Positions 18,434 through 26,449 of a stretch of 48,814 bases of DNA are shown piece after piece. The position numbers and the translations under genes were made by a program. Each line of letters starts with the position of its first letter. Position 1 is the first letter of the stretch. The DNA is from Clostridiales bacterium (GTDB taxonomy: Bacteria; Bacillota; Clostridia; Oscillospirales; QAMX01), in NCBI GenBank assembly GCA_012800055.1, contig JAAZKA010000013.1, positions 1 through 48,814 of the forward strand, read 5' to 3'. Under the pieces are notes generated by a model. The model ran no database searches and was not told the DNA's origin. It saw nothing but the letters and a program-made list of their open reading frames with translations.

Positions 18434-18826
18434 AATACAAACTTATCCCATAAAATTGTAGCACATTTGCGGAATAATATCAATATACGGATTTGCTTTT
18501 TAGCATTGAGGGTAAAATATTTGCATTGTTGAAGAAACGGACCTCCTGTACCCAATATATATTTCGCGTTTTTGAGTAGTTGATCGTGCGGCTGCGCAGT
18601 ACTGACATTCCCGTGAGTCTGTTTTGAGTCGGTTTGAGTGCAGCGGATAAGTCATGTTCAAGAATAGAAATCAGGCAGTGTATATGAGATTTTACATCAA
18701 AAAGTATTTTTAACTTATATTTGACGTCAAAGTGGTTTCAGATTTTACAGGGCGTCCTTATAATGAATGTAGTAATAATATAAAAGAAAAAGGCGAGAAA
18801 ATTAAATTCAAAAAAGAGAAGAAGCC

Positions 18827-19357
18827 ATGAATAAAATCATCACTTATGGAAGTCAATACGGATCAGCAAGACGATATGCGGAAAAGTTATCTGAAGCTAC
18901 GAAAATTCCCTTGCTGAATGCATTGGATGTCAGGGATTTGTCTTCCTTCGACCATATTATACACCTCGGAGGTATATATGCAGGTCATGTGAAGGGCTTA
19001 AGGAAGATTGTAAAACATACACCGAAAGGTGCAAGACTCATCGTTATCACCGTTGGGTTAGCTGATGTGAACAATGAAGCGAACACGAACAAAATCAAAA
19101 AAGATGTAGAAAATCAGATTCCCGAAGACCTGTGGAAGCGGACTCAAGTTTTCCATTTAAGGGGAGGAATTGATTACTCCAGGTTAAATATTGTCCACAA
19201 AGCTATGATGGCATTGCTTTATAAAAAGATTAAAGCCATGCCGGAAGAGAAAAAGACCGCGGAGATACAAGCTATGATCGATACTTATAATCAAAAGGTC
19301 GATTTTACCGATTTTCAAGCCTTGGATTCAATTGCGCAATTCATTCTGCAGTTATGA
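18827..19357 (+). CDS. Flavodoxin-like domain protein
   Basis: 176 aa. The N-terminus MNKIITYGSQYGSARRYAEKLSE and the segment HIIHLGGIYAG fit short flavodoxin-fold proteins. Low GC. Confidence 0.75.
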   Translation: MNKIITYGSQYGSARRYAEKLSEATKIPLLNALDVRDLSSFDHIIHLGGIYAGHVKGLRKIVKHTPKGARLIVITVGLADVNNEANTNKIKKDVENQIPEDLWKRTQVFHLRGGIDYSRLNIVHKAMMALLYKKIKAMPEEKKTAEIQAMIDTYNQKVDFTDFQALDSIAQFILQL

Positions 19358-19416
19358 TAACCGGCATAAAGTTACTCATTTCTTAAAGTCAATAAAAACA
19401 TAAGGAGGTCTGTTCC

Positions 19417-20436
19417 ATGAAGGAGAAACAACTTAGAGCCAGCTCGGGTATGTTGGTTTTGTTTTTATCCGTTGTACTGTACATTGCGGCCATCGGACTT
19501 GTCATACTGGGCGGTAATCTGCTGGAAAATGAAAACAACCTTGGTGTCCTGCCTCTGGTATTGGGCACCCTTTGGTTAATTGTGGGCATTCTCCCCTTCT
19601 TGGGGCTGAGAGTGCTCAATCCAAATGAGGCACTGGTACTGACCTTGTTTGGAGAATACACCGGCACCCTCCGCGAGCCCGGCTTCTACTATATCCATCC
19701 TTTTTCAGTATCTGTGAACCCTGCAGCCAGAACCAGGCTTGGGCAAAGTGGTGACGTGCAGACGATGGGCAAGCAAGGAATCACCATATCCACTGACGGC
19801 AACAAGATCGATATGGAAGCCAGCAACAAACGGATTTCCCTTAAGATTATGACATTGAACAATACCAAGCAAAAGGTAAATGACTGTCTGGGCAACCCGG
19901 TGGAAATTGGCATTGCAGTCATCTGGCGGGTGGTGGATACTGCAAAAGCGGTCTTCAATGTGGACAATTACAAAGAATATCTGTCTTTACAGTGCGACAG
20001 TGCTTTGCGCAACATTGTACGCATCTATCCCTACGATGTGGCAGCCAATGTGGATACCACAGGAGACGGCGAGCCGGATGAAGGAAGCCTGCGCGGCTCC
20101 AGTGAGGTGGTAGCCCAGCGCATCAAGAATGAGATTCAGAGCAAGGTTCATGAGGCCGGGCTTGAAATTCTGGAGGCGCGAATTACCTATCTTGCCTACG
20201 CACAGGAAATTGCTGCGGTGATGCTGCAGCGCCAGCAGGCAAGCGCCATTGTGGATGCTCGGAAGCTGATCGTTGATGGCGCGGTTGGTATGGTTCAGAT
20301 GGCACTGGAAAAGCTTTCACAGAACGAAATCATAACCCTTGACGAGGAGCACAAGGCTGCCATGGTGTCAAACCTTTTGGTTGTGTTGTGCGGGAATCGG
20401 GATGTCCAGCCGGTTGTCAACAGCGGGAAACTGTAA
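19417..20436 (+). CDS. SPFH / band-7 domain membrane protein
   Basis: AAGGAGG lies 8 nt upstream of ATG 19417. Two N-terminal hydrophobic helices are followed by an SPFH-like core (LNPNEALVLTLFGEYTGTLREPGFYYIHPF ... EARITYLAYAQEIAAVMLQRQQA). Confidence 0.85.
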   Translation: MKEKQLRASSGMLVLFLSVVLYIAAIGLVILGGNLLENENNLGVLPLVLGTLWLIVGILPFLGLRVLNPNEALVLTLFGEYTGTLREPGFYYIHPFSVSVNPAARTRLGQSGDVQTMGKQGITISTDGNKIDMEASNKRISLKIMTLNNTKQKVNDCLGNPVEIGIAVIWRVVDTAKAVFNVDNYKEYLSLQCDSALRNIVRIYPYDVAANVDTTGDGEPDEGSLRGSSEVVAQRIKNEIQSKVHEAGLEILEARITYLAYAQEIAAVMLQRQQASAIVDARKLIVDGAVGMVQMALEKLSQNEIITLDEEHKAAMVSNLLVVLCGNRDVQPVVNSGKL

Positions 20437-20512
20437 AACAAAAACACATTAAGATCGAATGCAGCGCAGCCGTGTATCAGAACATTCTCTGACTTTGGGA
20501 GGCGAGTATCGA

Positions 20513-20782
20513 ATGGATAAAAATGTTTGTTCAAGTGATCGTGAAATGTCCATCATAGAGTCGCTTGGAAGGGATTCCAAAGATAGGATTGTAATGAATA
20601 CGTACAAAAAAGATGTGTATAAAAAATCATCCGTTTATTCCATTGTTTCTTTAATGAAGTGTCTGTTAATAAGATTTTCGAAGAAATTTTGTGATTTTAT
20701 TGTGTGTTGTCTGATCCTGTATGCCGAGTATGATGCCATAGAAGAACGAGGCGCTGGTGGAGAATATGGGTTATGGTTATAA
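20513..20782 (+). CDS. Hypothetical small Lys/Cys-rich protein (89 aa), doubtful
   Basis: GGGAGG lies 10 nt upstream of ATG 20513. The hydrophobic Cys-rich C-terminal half reads FCDFIVCCLILY. It overlaps the next ORF by about 26 nt in another frame. I recognise no family. Confidence 0.3.
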   Translation: MDKNVCSSDREMSIIESLGRDSKDRIVMNTYKKDVYKKSSVYSIVSLMKCLLIRFSKKFCDFIVCCLILYAEYDAIEERGAGGEYGLWL

Positions 20783-21737
20783 AAAGCTGTTGGAAATCAG
20801 CGACGATTGGCTGAAATACGCAATCCGTCTTAACTTGGGGCATGAATCCAAGGACTGTCTTGTTGAAATCAGAAATGCGGCATTAGAGGATAACCGTATA
20901 AAAAGATGCCTTTCAGATATTGCGAATTTCCATGGGACTCTGGTAACAAATCATAAGAATCCCGATTTACCGATACAAAAACTGCTGTTTCTGCTTGAGC
21001 TCGGATTTGATACGGAAGTCCCGGAAATTAAAGCAGCCATTGATGCAATACTTCAAAACCGCGACGAGCACGGTGTTTATCAGTCTATGACCAATGTTCC
21101 CAAGCATTTTGGCGGTAAGGGTGAAAATGTGTTCGGCTGGTGCCTGTGTGATGCACCCTTGCTATTGCTTGCTCTGCTGAAGTCGGGTGTGGATTATCGT
21201 GAATACATCAAACAGGGTGTTGATCATCTGGTGTCTCTGTATCGTGATAACGGATTCCCTTGTGCGGTGTCACCGGAGCTGGGCAAGTTTCGTGGACCGG
21301 GGAAAAAGGATGACTGCTGCCCCTATGCGACGCTGATTATGGCCGATTTACTTTCGTATATCCCGGAATATAAGGATTCTCAGGTTGCCTCTTCCTCTGT
21401 AAAAACATTGCTGAATCTGTGGGAAAATAGTCTCAATCAGCATCCATACATGTTCTACATGGGCACGGACTTCCGTAAGCTGAAAGCACCTTCGTGTTGG
21501 TATGATATCGTCAGCGTAGCAGGAGTTCTTAGTAAATATGAGTTTGCGAGAGATGACCTGCGTTTTCTTGAAATGATAAATCATATAAAAAGCAAACAAG
21601 ACGAGAACGGTCTTTTCACGCCTGAATCGATATACCTGAAATTAAAAGACTGGGACTTTGGACAGAAGAAAGTTCCGTCTCCTTATTTGACATATCTTTG
21701 TTATCAAATATTTGAACGTCTATACTCAGATGTTTGA
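20757..21737 (+). CDS. Hypothetical 326-aa protein (no family recognised; helical-repeat-like)
   Basis: The frame opens just after TAG 20739-20741, so the start is GTG 20757 or ATG 20766. The ORF is long with island-like low-GC composition. Repeated helical segments hint at an alpha/alpha-repeat fold; this is inference only. Confidence 0.7.
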   Translation: MENMGYGYKKLLEISDDWLKYAIRLNLGHESKDCLVEIRNAALEDNRIKRCLSDIANFHGTLVTNHKNPDLPIQKLLFLLELGFDTEVPEIKAAIDAILQNRDEHGVYQSMTNVPKHFGGKGENVFGWCLCDAPLLLLALLKSGVDYREYIKQGVDHLVSLYRDNGFPCAVSPELGKFRGPGKKDDCCPYATLIMADLLSYIPEYKDSQVASSSVKTLLNLWENSLNQHPYMFYMGTDFRKLKAPSCWYDIVSVAGVLSKYEFARDDLRFLEMINHIKSKQDENGLFTPESIYLKLKDWDFGQKKVPSPYLTYLCYQIFERLYSDV

Positions 21738-21768
21738 TTGAAAAGCAAGTAAATCGTGTAAAAACAGA

Positions 21769-21785
21769 GGTTTTAAGGTTTTTAA
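21769..21785. repeat. Right copy of the perfect 17-bp inverted repeat (GGTTTTAAGGTTTTTAA)
   Basis: Exact reverse complement of 18417-18433. It lies 32 bp after the stop of the 326-aa gene. Confidence 0.9.
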
Positions 21786-22035
21786 CCATTTCGGTGAAGA
21801 CCCCAATATGGTCTCTATTCGGATAAACCAATTTCATCATTTTGTGCCCAAACATCGCATGTAAATGCAGTGGAAGTTTCCCGCGGCGCTATATTATTTA
21901 ACCCTTGGGCTAGGTCTCCCACTTTTCGGGATACGCCAAACCCAGGGGTTTTCAGACAAAAAGGAGGCCTTGTTTTGCGTCAAGACAAGCGTTACAATTG
22001 TCGTATCAATAAAGAACAAACGCAAGAGGAGTTAT

Positions 22036-22809
22036 ATGGATAGTTTACGAAACAAAACCGGATTTATCTGCGACATGGACGGCGTTCTGTACCACGGTTA
22101 CAGGCTGCTTCCCGGCGTAAAAGAATTTGTCGATTGGCTCTACAGGGAAGGCAAACATTTTATGTTCCTGACAAATGCCAGCGGACGTTCACCAAAAGAA
22201 CTGAGTCAAAAGCTGCAGCGCATGGGCCTTGAAGTAGACGAAAATCATTTTTATACAAGTGCGCTGGCAACTGCAAAATTTGTAGCCGCACAGTCACCCG
22301 GCTGTTCCGCCTATGTAATCGGCGAACCCGGACTCTTCAACGCACTCTATGATGCGGGCATCACCATCAATGAGATCAACCCTGACTATGTCATCATCGG
22401 AGAGACAAACAACTATAACTATGAAAAAATCTGCACTGCCACCAACCTGGTTCTGCGCGGTGCAAGGCTGATCGGTACCAACAGCGATATTACCGGACCC
22501 ATCGAGGACGGCATCATCCCTGCCTGTCGCGCACTGGTTGCACCTGTGGAACTTGCCACCGGGAAAAACGCCTACTTTGTTGGCAAACCCAATCCTTTGA
22601 TGATGCGCTCCTGTCTGCGACTGTTGGGCGTGCACTCAGATGAGTCAGTCATCATCGGGGATAGAATGGATACGGATATCATTTCCGGCATCGAAAGCGG
22701 TCTTGACACCGTGCTTGTCTTGTCCGGCGTTACCTCCAAAGCGGATGTAGACAATTTCCCTTATCGCCCGCGCCTGATTATCGACAGTGTTGCGGACATT
22801 CCGAGGTAA
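22036..22809 (+). CDS. HAD-IIA family hydrolase (NagD-like sugar/nucleotide phosphatase)
   Basis: I trimmed the ORF-track start 21865 to ATG 22036, which has AGAGGAG upstream. It carries HAD motif I FICDMDGVLY and downstream motifs LTNAS and GDRMDTDI. Confidence 0.85.
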   Translation: MDSLRNKTGFICDMDGVLYHGYRLLPGVKEFVDWLYREGKHFMFLTNASGRSPKELSQKLQRMGLEVDENHFYTSALATAKFVAAQSPGCSAYVIGEPGLFNALYDAGITINEINPDYVIIGETNNYNYEKICTATNLVLRGARLIGTNSDITGPIEDGIIPACRALVAPVELATGKNAYFVGKPNPLMMRSCLRLLGVHSDESVIIGDRMDTDIISGIESGLDTVLVLSGVTSKADVDNFPYRPRLIIDSVADIPR

Positions 22810-22972
22810 AACAAGGAACACCATGACGAGTTGGATATTCATATCAAGCGCCTTCACCTGAACAAATTCATCTCATCGACCAATGGCACGTTCGCGGAAG
22901 AATAACAATCCGCGGATGTGCTTGATTATCTCAATCTTTTTGCTGATTTTGTAATAAGAAAAGTATTCATTA

Positions 22973-23803
22973 TCAGAGCGTCAGACGGACTCCGAGGCGC
23001 GGGAGCAAAATGTTTATGTCCGGGCGAGCAGCGATGAGAGCGTCGGCAATCAGCCCCGCGTGTGTATAAGTCCACAGCTCCGGCAGTGTACGCGCCAGCT
23101 CCATAAGATGCGCCAGGACGACCTGCCGCGCGCCGGTCGCCAGGACGAACCGGACGGTGTCCGAGAGAAACGGCTCGCACGGCAGGTTGAGCGCATTGGC
23201 CGTCCCGAGCCAGACATGCAGAAAGAGCGTGTCTACCTCCCCAACCGGTGGCAGCTTTGCAGGGTTGTAGTCGCGCACGTCGCACGGGAACAGCATCCGC
23301 TGGCGGGAGGTCTCGATGAGATAGCCCATCTCATCGATGCCGGAACCGGACGGCCGGAAGTGTGCCGAGCGGTAGGCGGTGAAGATGAATCGTCCGAGTC
23401 GGATGCGTTCTCCCGCGCGAACGCGGATGAAACGCGTATCGGGCAGACTTGTAGAGGCGAGCTGTTCGGGTGTGAAGAACTCCGGCACAACGATCGGTAC
23501 CGGGCAGTTGCGCAGCATCGACAGCAGTGTTGTGTCGAAGTGATCCTCATGCGCGTGGGTCAGCACGACGGCGTCAACGCGCGCAAAGTCGTTACGGATA
23601 CGCGCCGCGATCTGATCAGTCATCCACGGGAAGCGCAGGCATGGGTCGATGACAACGCGGCTGCCGTCGGCGTCGAGGACGTAGCAGGACGGGCCGAAAA
23701 GCGTGAAGGTATGTTCTCCCTTTTCGGCGAACGCAGCGTCCCAGATCGCGGGGAAGCGTACGCGCAGATCGGCATACGCGGCGGCTTTCCATTCCTCACG
23801 CAT
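22973..23803 (-). CDS. MBL-fold metallo-hydrolase
   Basis: THAHEDHFD (HxHxDH) motif. The start ATG 23803 overlaps the upstream stop by 8 nt (ATGCGTGA). Confidence 0.8.
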   Translation of the reverse strand: MREEWKAAAYADLRVRFPAIWDAAFAEKGEHTFTLFGPSCYVLDADGSRVVIDPCLRFPWMTDQIAARIRNDFARVDAVVLTHAHEDHFDTTLLSMLRNCPVPIVVPEFFTPEQLASTSLPDTRFIRVRAGERIRLGRFIFTAYRSAHFRPSGSGIDEMGYLIETSRQRMLFPCDVRDYNPAKLPPVGEVDTLFLHVWLGTANALNLPCEPFLSDTVRFVLATGARQVVLAHLMELARTLPELWTYTHAGLIADALIAARPDINILLPRLGVRLTL

Positions 23804-24599
23804 CAGCGAGCACCTCCCTCAGCGTACGGATGCTGTCCTCAAACGCGGTGCGCGGCGCGATTGCCGGATAGTAACGGGAAACCGACAGCTCGATGTTGTA
23901 CACACCCTTGTAGTCCCCGAGCGCCCGGATGTAGCGCGCGAGCGGAAGGTTATTCGGCGTGCAGGGATAGTGCGTTGTGCCGCCGACAACACCGTGAATG
24001 TGCGTATGCTTCACACGGCGCAGGAACTCCGCGTCCGGCACGGCGTCGGGCGTATGGCGGAACCTGCACAGATTGTGGTAATAATGCCCCATATCCCAGG
24101 TGATCCCGGTGCCGGTAAGCTGTGAGACCATCGCGAGGACGCTTTCGCACGAGTCGCCGGGGTCGATGATGTCCGGGCGATGGGGTTTATGGCGGTTGTT
24201 CTCGAGCGTCAGTGTGATGGGGATACCGGACGCCACGGCTTTCTTTTGGATTGCCGCGAGTGCGCTGACGGTGCGGGACGGCTCGCCGTAGAGCGCGTGG
24301 ACGGTGATGTTAGCGGGCTTGTCCAAAAGTGTGTAGGATGCCAGGAATGCGTCGGTGTCCGGGTTGAGCATACCGTGGAGGGTTGTGTGCAGCCCGTGAC
24401 TTGCGGCGAGGTCGATACAGCCGCGTACCGTTCCGGCGGAGGTTTGCGCGGTGACTGTGTGTACCTCAATACTTTCAACACCGCTGTCCCGCAGACAATC
24501 CAGCATCGTATTCAAGCCGCCGTACGCATCGAGCAGCGCGCAGTATGCCTGATGATCCGTACCAATGTAGAGATCGAGCGGTAATGTGACTCCGATCAT
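23796..24599 (-). CDS. Sugar phosphate isomerase/epimerase (xylose-isomerase-like TIM barrel) family protein
   Basis: I trimmed the ORF-track start 24653 to ATG 24599, with GGAGGTG 5 nt upstream inside the end of the preceding gene. The LENN...H...WDMGH pattern fits AP-endonuclease-2/TIM-barrel proteins. Confidence 0.75.
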   Translation of the reverse strand: MIGVTLPLDLYIGTDHQAYCALLDAYGGLNTMLDCLRDSGVESIEVHTVTAQTSAGTVRGCIDLAASHGLHTTLHGMLNPDTDAFLASYTLLDKPANITVHALYGEPSRTVSALAAIQKKAVASGIPITLTLENNRHKPHRPDIIDPGDSCESVLAMVSQLTGTGITWDMGHYYHNLCRFRHTPDAVPDAEFLRRVKHTHIHGVVGGTTHYPCTPNNLPLARYIRALGDYKGVYNIELSVSRYYPAIAPRTAFEDSIRTLREVLADA

Positions 24600-24601
24600 C
24601 T

Positions 24602-25375
24602 TCACACCTCCAGTGTTTCCGCATCGTTGAGAATTTTCCAGCGTCCGGGGCATATCTCGTTGAGCGCCGAGACCTGGGCGTCATAACGGTCCAGGATGTC
24701 GCGGCCGTGGTGGATGAACGCGAGTATGCCGGGGAAGATATTCCGTGCAAGCAGTTCGCGGGCAACCTCAGGCGGATGGTGGTGACCGGTCTCCATCAGC
24801 AGCAGGTCGCAGCCGGGCATCAGGGGCGCAAAGTCATCTACTCCGCCGGTATCGCCGGAGTAGACCACACGCCGCTTGCCGTCTTCGATGAGGAAACCGA
24901 ACGACCGCCACGGCGCACCGTCCTCGTGCGGCAGGTGATGGTTGTGGAGTGCTGTGACGCGCAAGCCGTCATCGTCGAACAGGACGCCGTTGGTATACTC
25001 ATGCGGGGAGATCGTGAAGTCGCAGCGGAAGCCGCCTTCGGTATACCGCAGCATCGTTTCGACACCCTTCCACGCGCGGATGTCCGGGATGTACAGGCCG
25101 ATGTCACGGTTTACGAGCGTGTGATGCATCCCGTCAAGCTTGCGGATCGTCCAAAGCAGATTCCCCAGGCCGCCGATGTGATCCATGTGTGTGTGAGAGA
25201 TAACGATTTTCTTTATGCGCATCAGGTCGGCGCCCATCAGATGCGCAGTGTAGGAGCAGCACTCCCCTGCGTCGAACCAGTAGAGATGATTGCAATGCTC
25301 GACCGCAAATCCGACATGATGACGTCCCGGATACGGCTCCGTCCCGGAGCAGGTACCGAAGATATAAAGCTTCAT
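24602..25375 (-). CDS. MBL-fold metallo-hydrolase (RNase-Z-like subgroup)
   Basis: SHTHMDHIGG motif and the N-terminus MKLYIFGTCSGTEP. GGGGAG lies upstream of ATG 25375. Confidence 0.85.
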   Translation of the reverse strand: MKLYIFGTCSGTEPYPGRHHVGFAVEHCNHLYWFDAGECCSYTAHLMGADLMRIKKIVISHTHMDHIGGLGNLLWTIRKLDGMHHTLVNRDIGLYIPDIRAWKGVETMLRYTEGGFRCDFTISPHEYTNGVLFDDDGLRVTALHNHHLPHEDGAPWRSFGFLIEDGKRRVVYSGDTGGVDDFAPLMPGCDLLLMETGHHHPPEVARELLARNIFPGILAFIHHGRDILDRYDAQVSALNEICPGRWKILNDAETLEV

Positions 25376-25479
25376 TTTTAGCTCCCCTTTTCATTATACA
25401 ATACAAACTGTCATTATACTACCCCAAAACGGCATACAAATCAGCATTTTCGGGGAAATATTGTTGCCTCGTCTCGCAC

Positions 25480-25507
25480 TTGACAAATGGGTGATGTGTG
25501 GTATAAT
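25480..25507 (+). promoter_or_regulatory. Candidate promoter of the ArsR-family gene
   Basis: TTGACA (25480-25485), a 16-nt spacer, then TGgTATAAT with an extended -10 (25502-25507). Confidence 0.6.
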
Positions 25508-25544
25508 ACATATGAACAATAAAGCAAATAAAGGCTGTGATCAA

Positions 25545-25877
25545 ATGGATATTGAACCGAAAAACGTTTCTCTGCAGGAACTGAGAGAGCGGCTGCCGGA
25601 CGAGGAGATTCAATACGACCTTGCGGAGCTGTTCAAGGTCTTCGGAGACTCAACGCGCGTGAAGATATTATTCGCGCTGGAGGAGGCGGAGCTGTGCGTG
25701 GGGGATATCGCGGAGCTTCTGAACATGACGCAGAGCGCAATCTCGCACCAGCTTCGGGTACTCAGGCAGAGCCATCTGGTTCGCTGCCGGCGTGAGGGCA
25801 AGGCGATACTTTACTCGCTTGCGGACTGCCATGTCCGTACGATGCTCGACGCGGGACTGGAACATGTCGAGGAATAA
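25545..25877 (+). CDS. ArsR/SmtB-family metalloregulatory transcription repressor
   Basis: FKVFGDSTRVKILFALEEAELCVGDIAELLNMTQSAISHQLRVLR is the canonical winged-HTH with the ELCV(G/C)D metal-site region. I chose the start ATG 25545 because the predicted promoter lies inside the longer ORF-track version. Confidence 0.85.
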   Translation: MDIEPKNVSLQELRERLPDEEIQYDLAELFKVFGDSTRVKILFALEEAELCVGDIAELLNMTQSAISHQLRVLRQSHLVRCRREGKAILYSLADCHVRTMLDAGLEHVEE

Positions 25878-25880
25878 CGC

Positions 25881-25909
25881 TTGACAATCCGCATGCGTGA
25901 GGGTATACT
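25881..25909 (+). promoter_or_regulatory. Candidate promoter of smpB
   Basis: TTGACA (25881-25886), a 17-nt spacer, then TATACT (25904-25909). Confidence 0.6.
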
Positions 25910-25940
25910 GTAGGAGATATCATACGCGGGAGGACAGATC

Positions 25941-26402
25941 ATGCCGAACAAACGCGGGATCAAGCCGGTGGCAAACAACCGCAAGGCTTACCACGATTAT
26001 TTCATCCTGGAAAAATACGAGGCGGGCATCTCGCTTTCGGGCACTGAGGTGAAAAGCATCCGTCTCGGGCAGATCAACCTCAAGGACAGTTTCTGTATCG
26101 TGCGTGACGGCGAACTGTACGTACGCGGGATGCACATCTCACCCTATGAGAAGGGCAACATCTTCAACCGCGACCCGATTCGGGAAAGAAAACTCCTGAT
26201 GCACAAGGCCGAAATCCGCAAGCTGTTCGACGCCATTCGCCGTGACGGGTACGCGCTGATTCCGCTGTCGGTGTACCTGAAGGACTCGAAGGTGAAGGTG
26301 GAGATCGGGCTGGCAAAAGGTAAGAAGCTCTACGATAAGCGCGATGATGCCGCGAAGAAGGATGCGCAGCGGGATATGGAACGTGCCGTCCGCTACGATT
26401 GA
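25941..26402 (+). CDS. smpB: SsrA-binding protein SmpB
   Basis: [32 protein letters not shown] and the basic C-terminal tail are diagnostic. GGGAGGA lies upstream of the ATG. Confidence 0.95.
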   Translation: MPNKRGIKPVANNRKAYHDYFILEKYEAGISLSGTEVKSIRLGQINLKDSFCIVRDGELYVRGMHISPYEKGNIFNRDPIRERKLLMHKAEIRKLFDAIRRDGYALIPLSVYLKDSKVKVEIGLAKGKKLYDKRDDAAKKDAQRDMERAVRYD

Positions 26403-26413
26403 ACCACCCATTC

Positions 26414-26449
26414 AAGACGCTCTCTGAATAACAGAGAGCGTCTTTTTTT
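26414..26449. terminator. Rho-independent terminator shared by convergent smpB and alaX-like genes
   Basis: 13-bp stem AAGACGCTCTCTG / CAGAGAGCGTCTT with a 5-nt loop, followed by TTTTTT. Confidence 0.85.

Noticed and set aside
21865-22035. 57-codon N-terminal extension of the HAD-IIA ORF
   Set aside because: The extension has no RBS. HAD motif I (DMDG) must lie near the N-terminus, and ATG 22036 has a good AGAGGAG RBS.
22810-22972. attR-type direct repeat of the tRNA-Thr 3' end at the right edge of the low-GC islet
   Set aside because: The best shared word found by eye between the left junction (17040-17200) and the right junction is an 8-mer, TCATATCA. This is within chance expectation.
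23060-24103. 347-aa plus-strand ORF, with similar long plus-strand ORFs at 41700-42578 and 43053-43913
   Set aside because: Each is antisense to a minus-strand gene with clear family motifs (MBL/TIM barrel, wecB, BNR protein). All are Arg-rich and lack an RBS.
26403-26447. Search for ssrA (tmRNA) next to smpB
   Set aside because: Only a 45-bp terminator-containing gap separates smpB from the convergent gene. I saw no tRNA-like acceptor/T-arm or tag-ORF sequence here or upstream of smpB.
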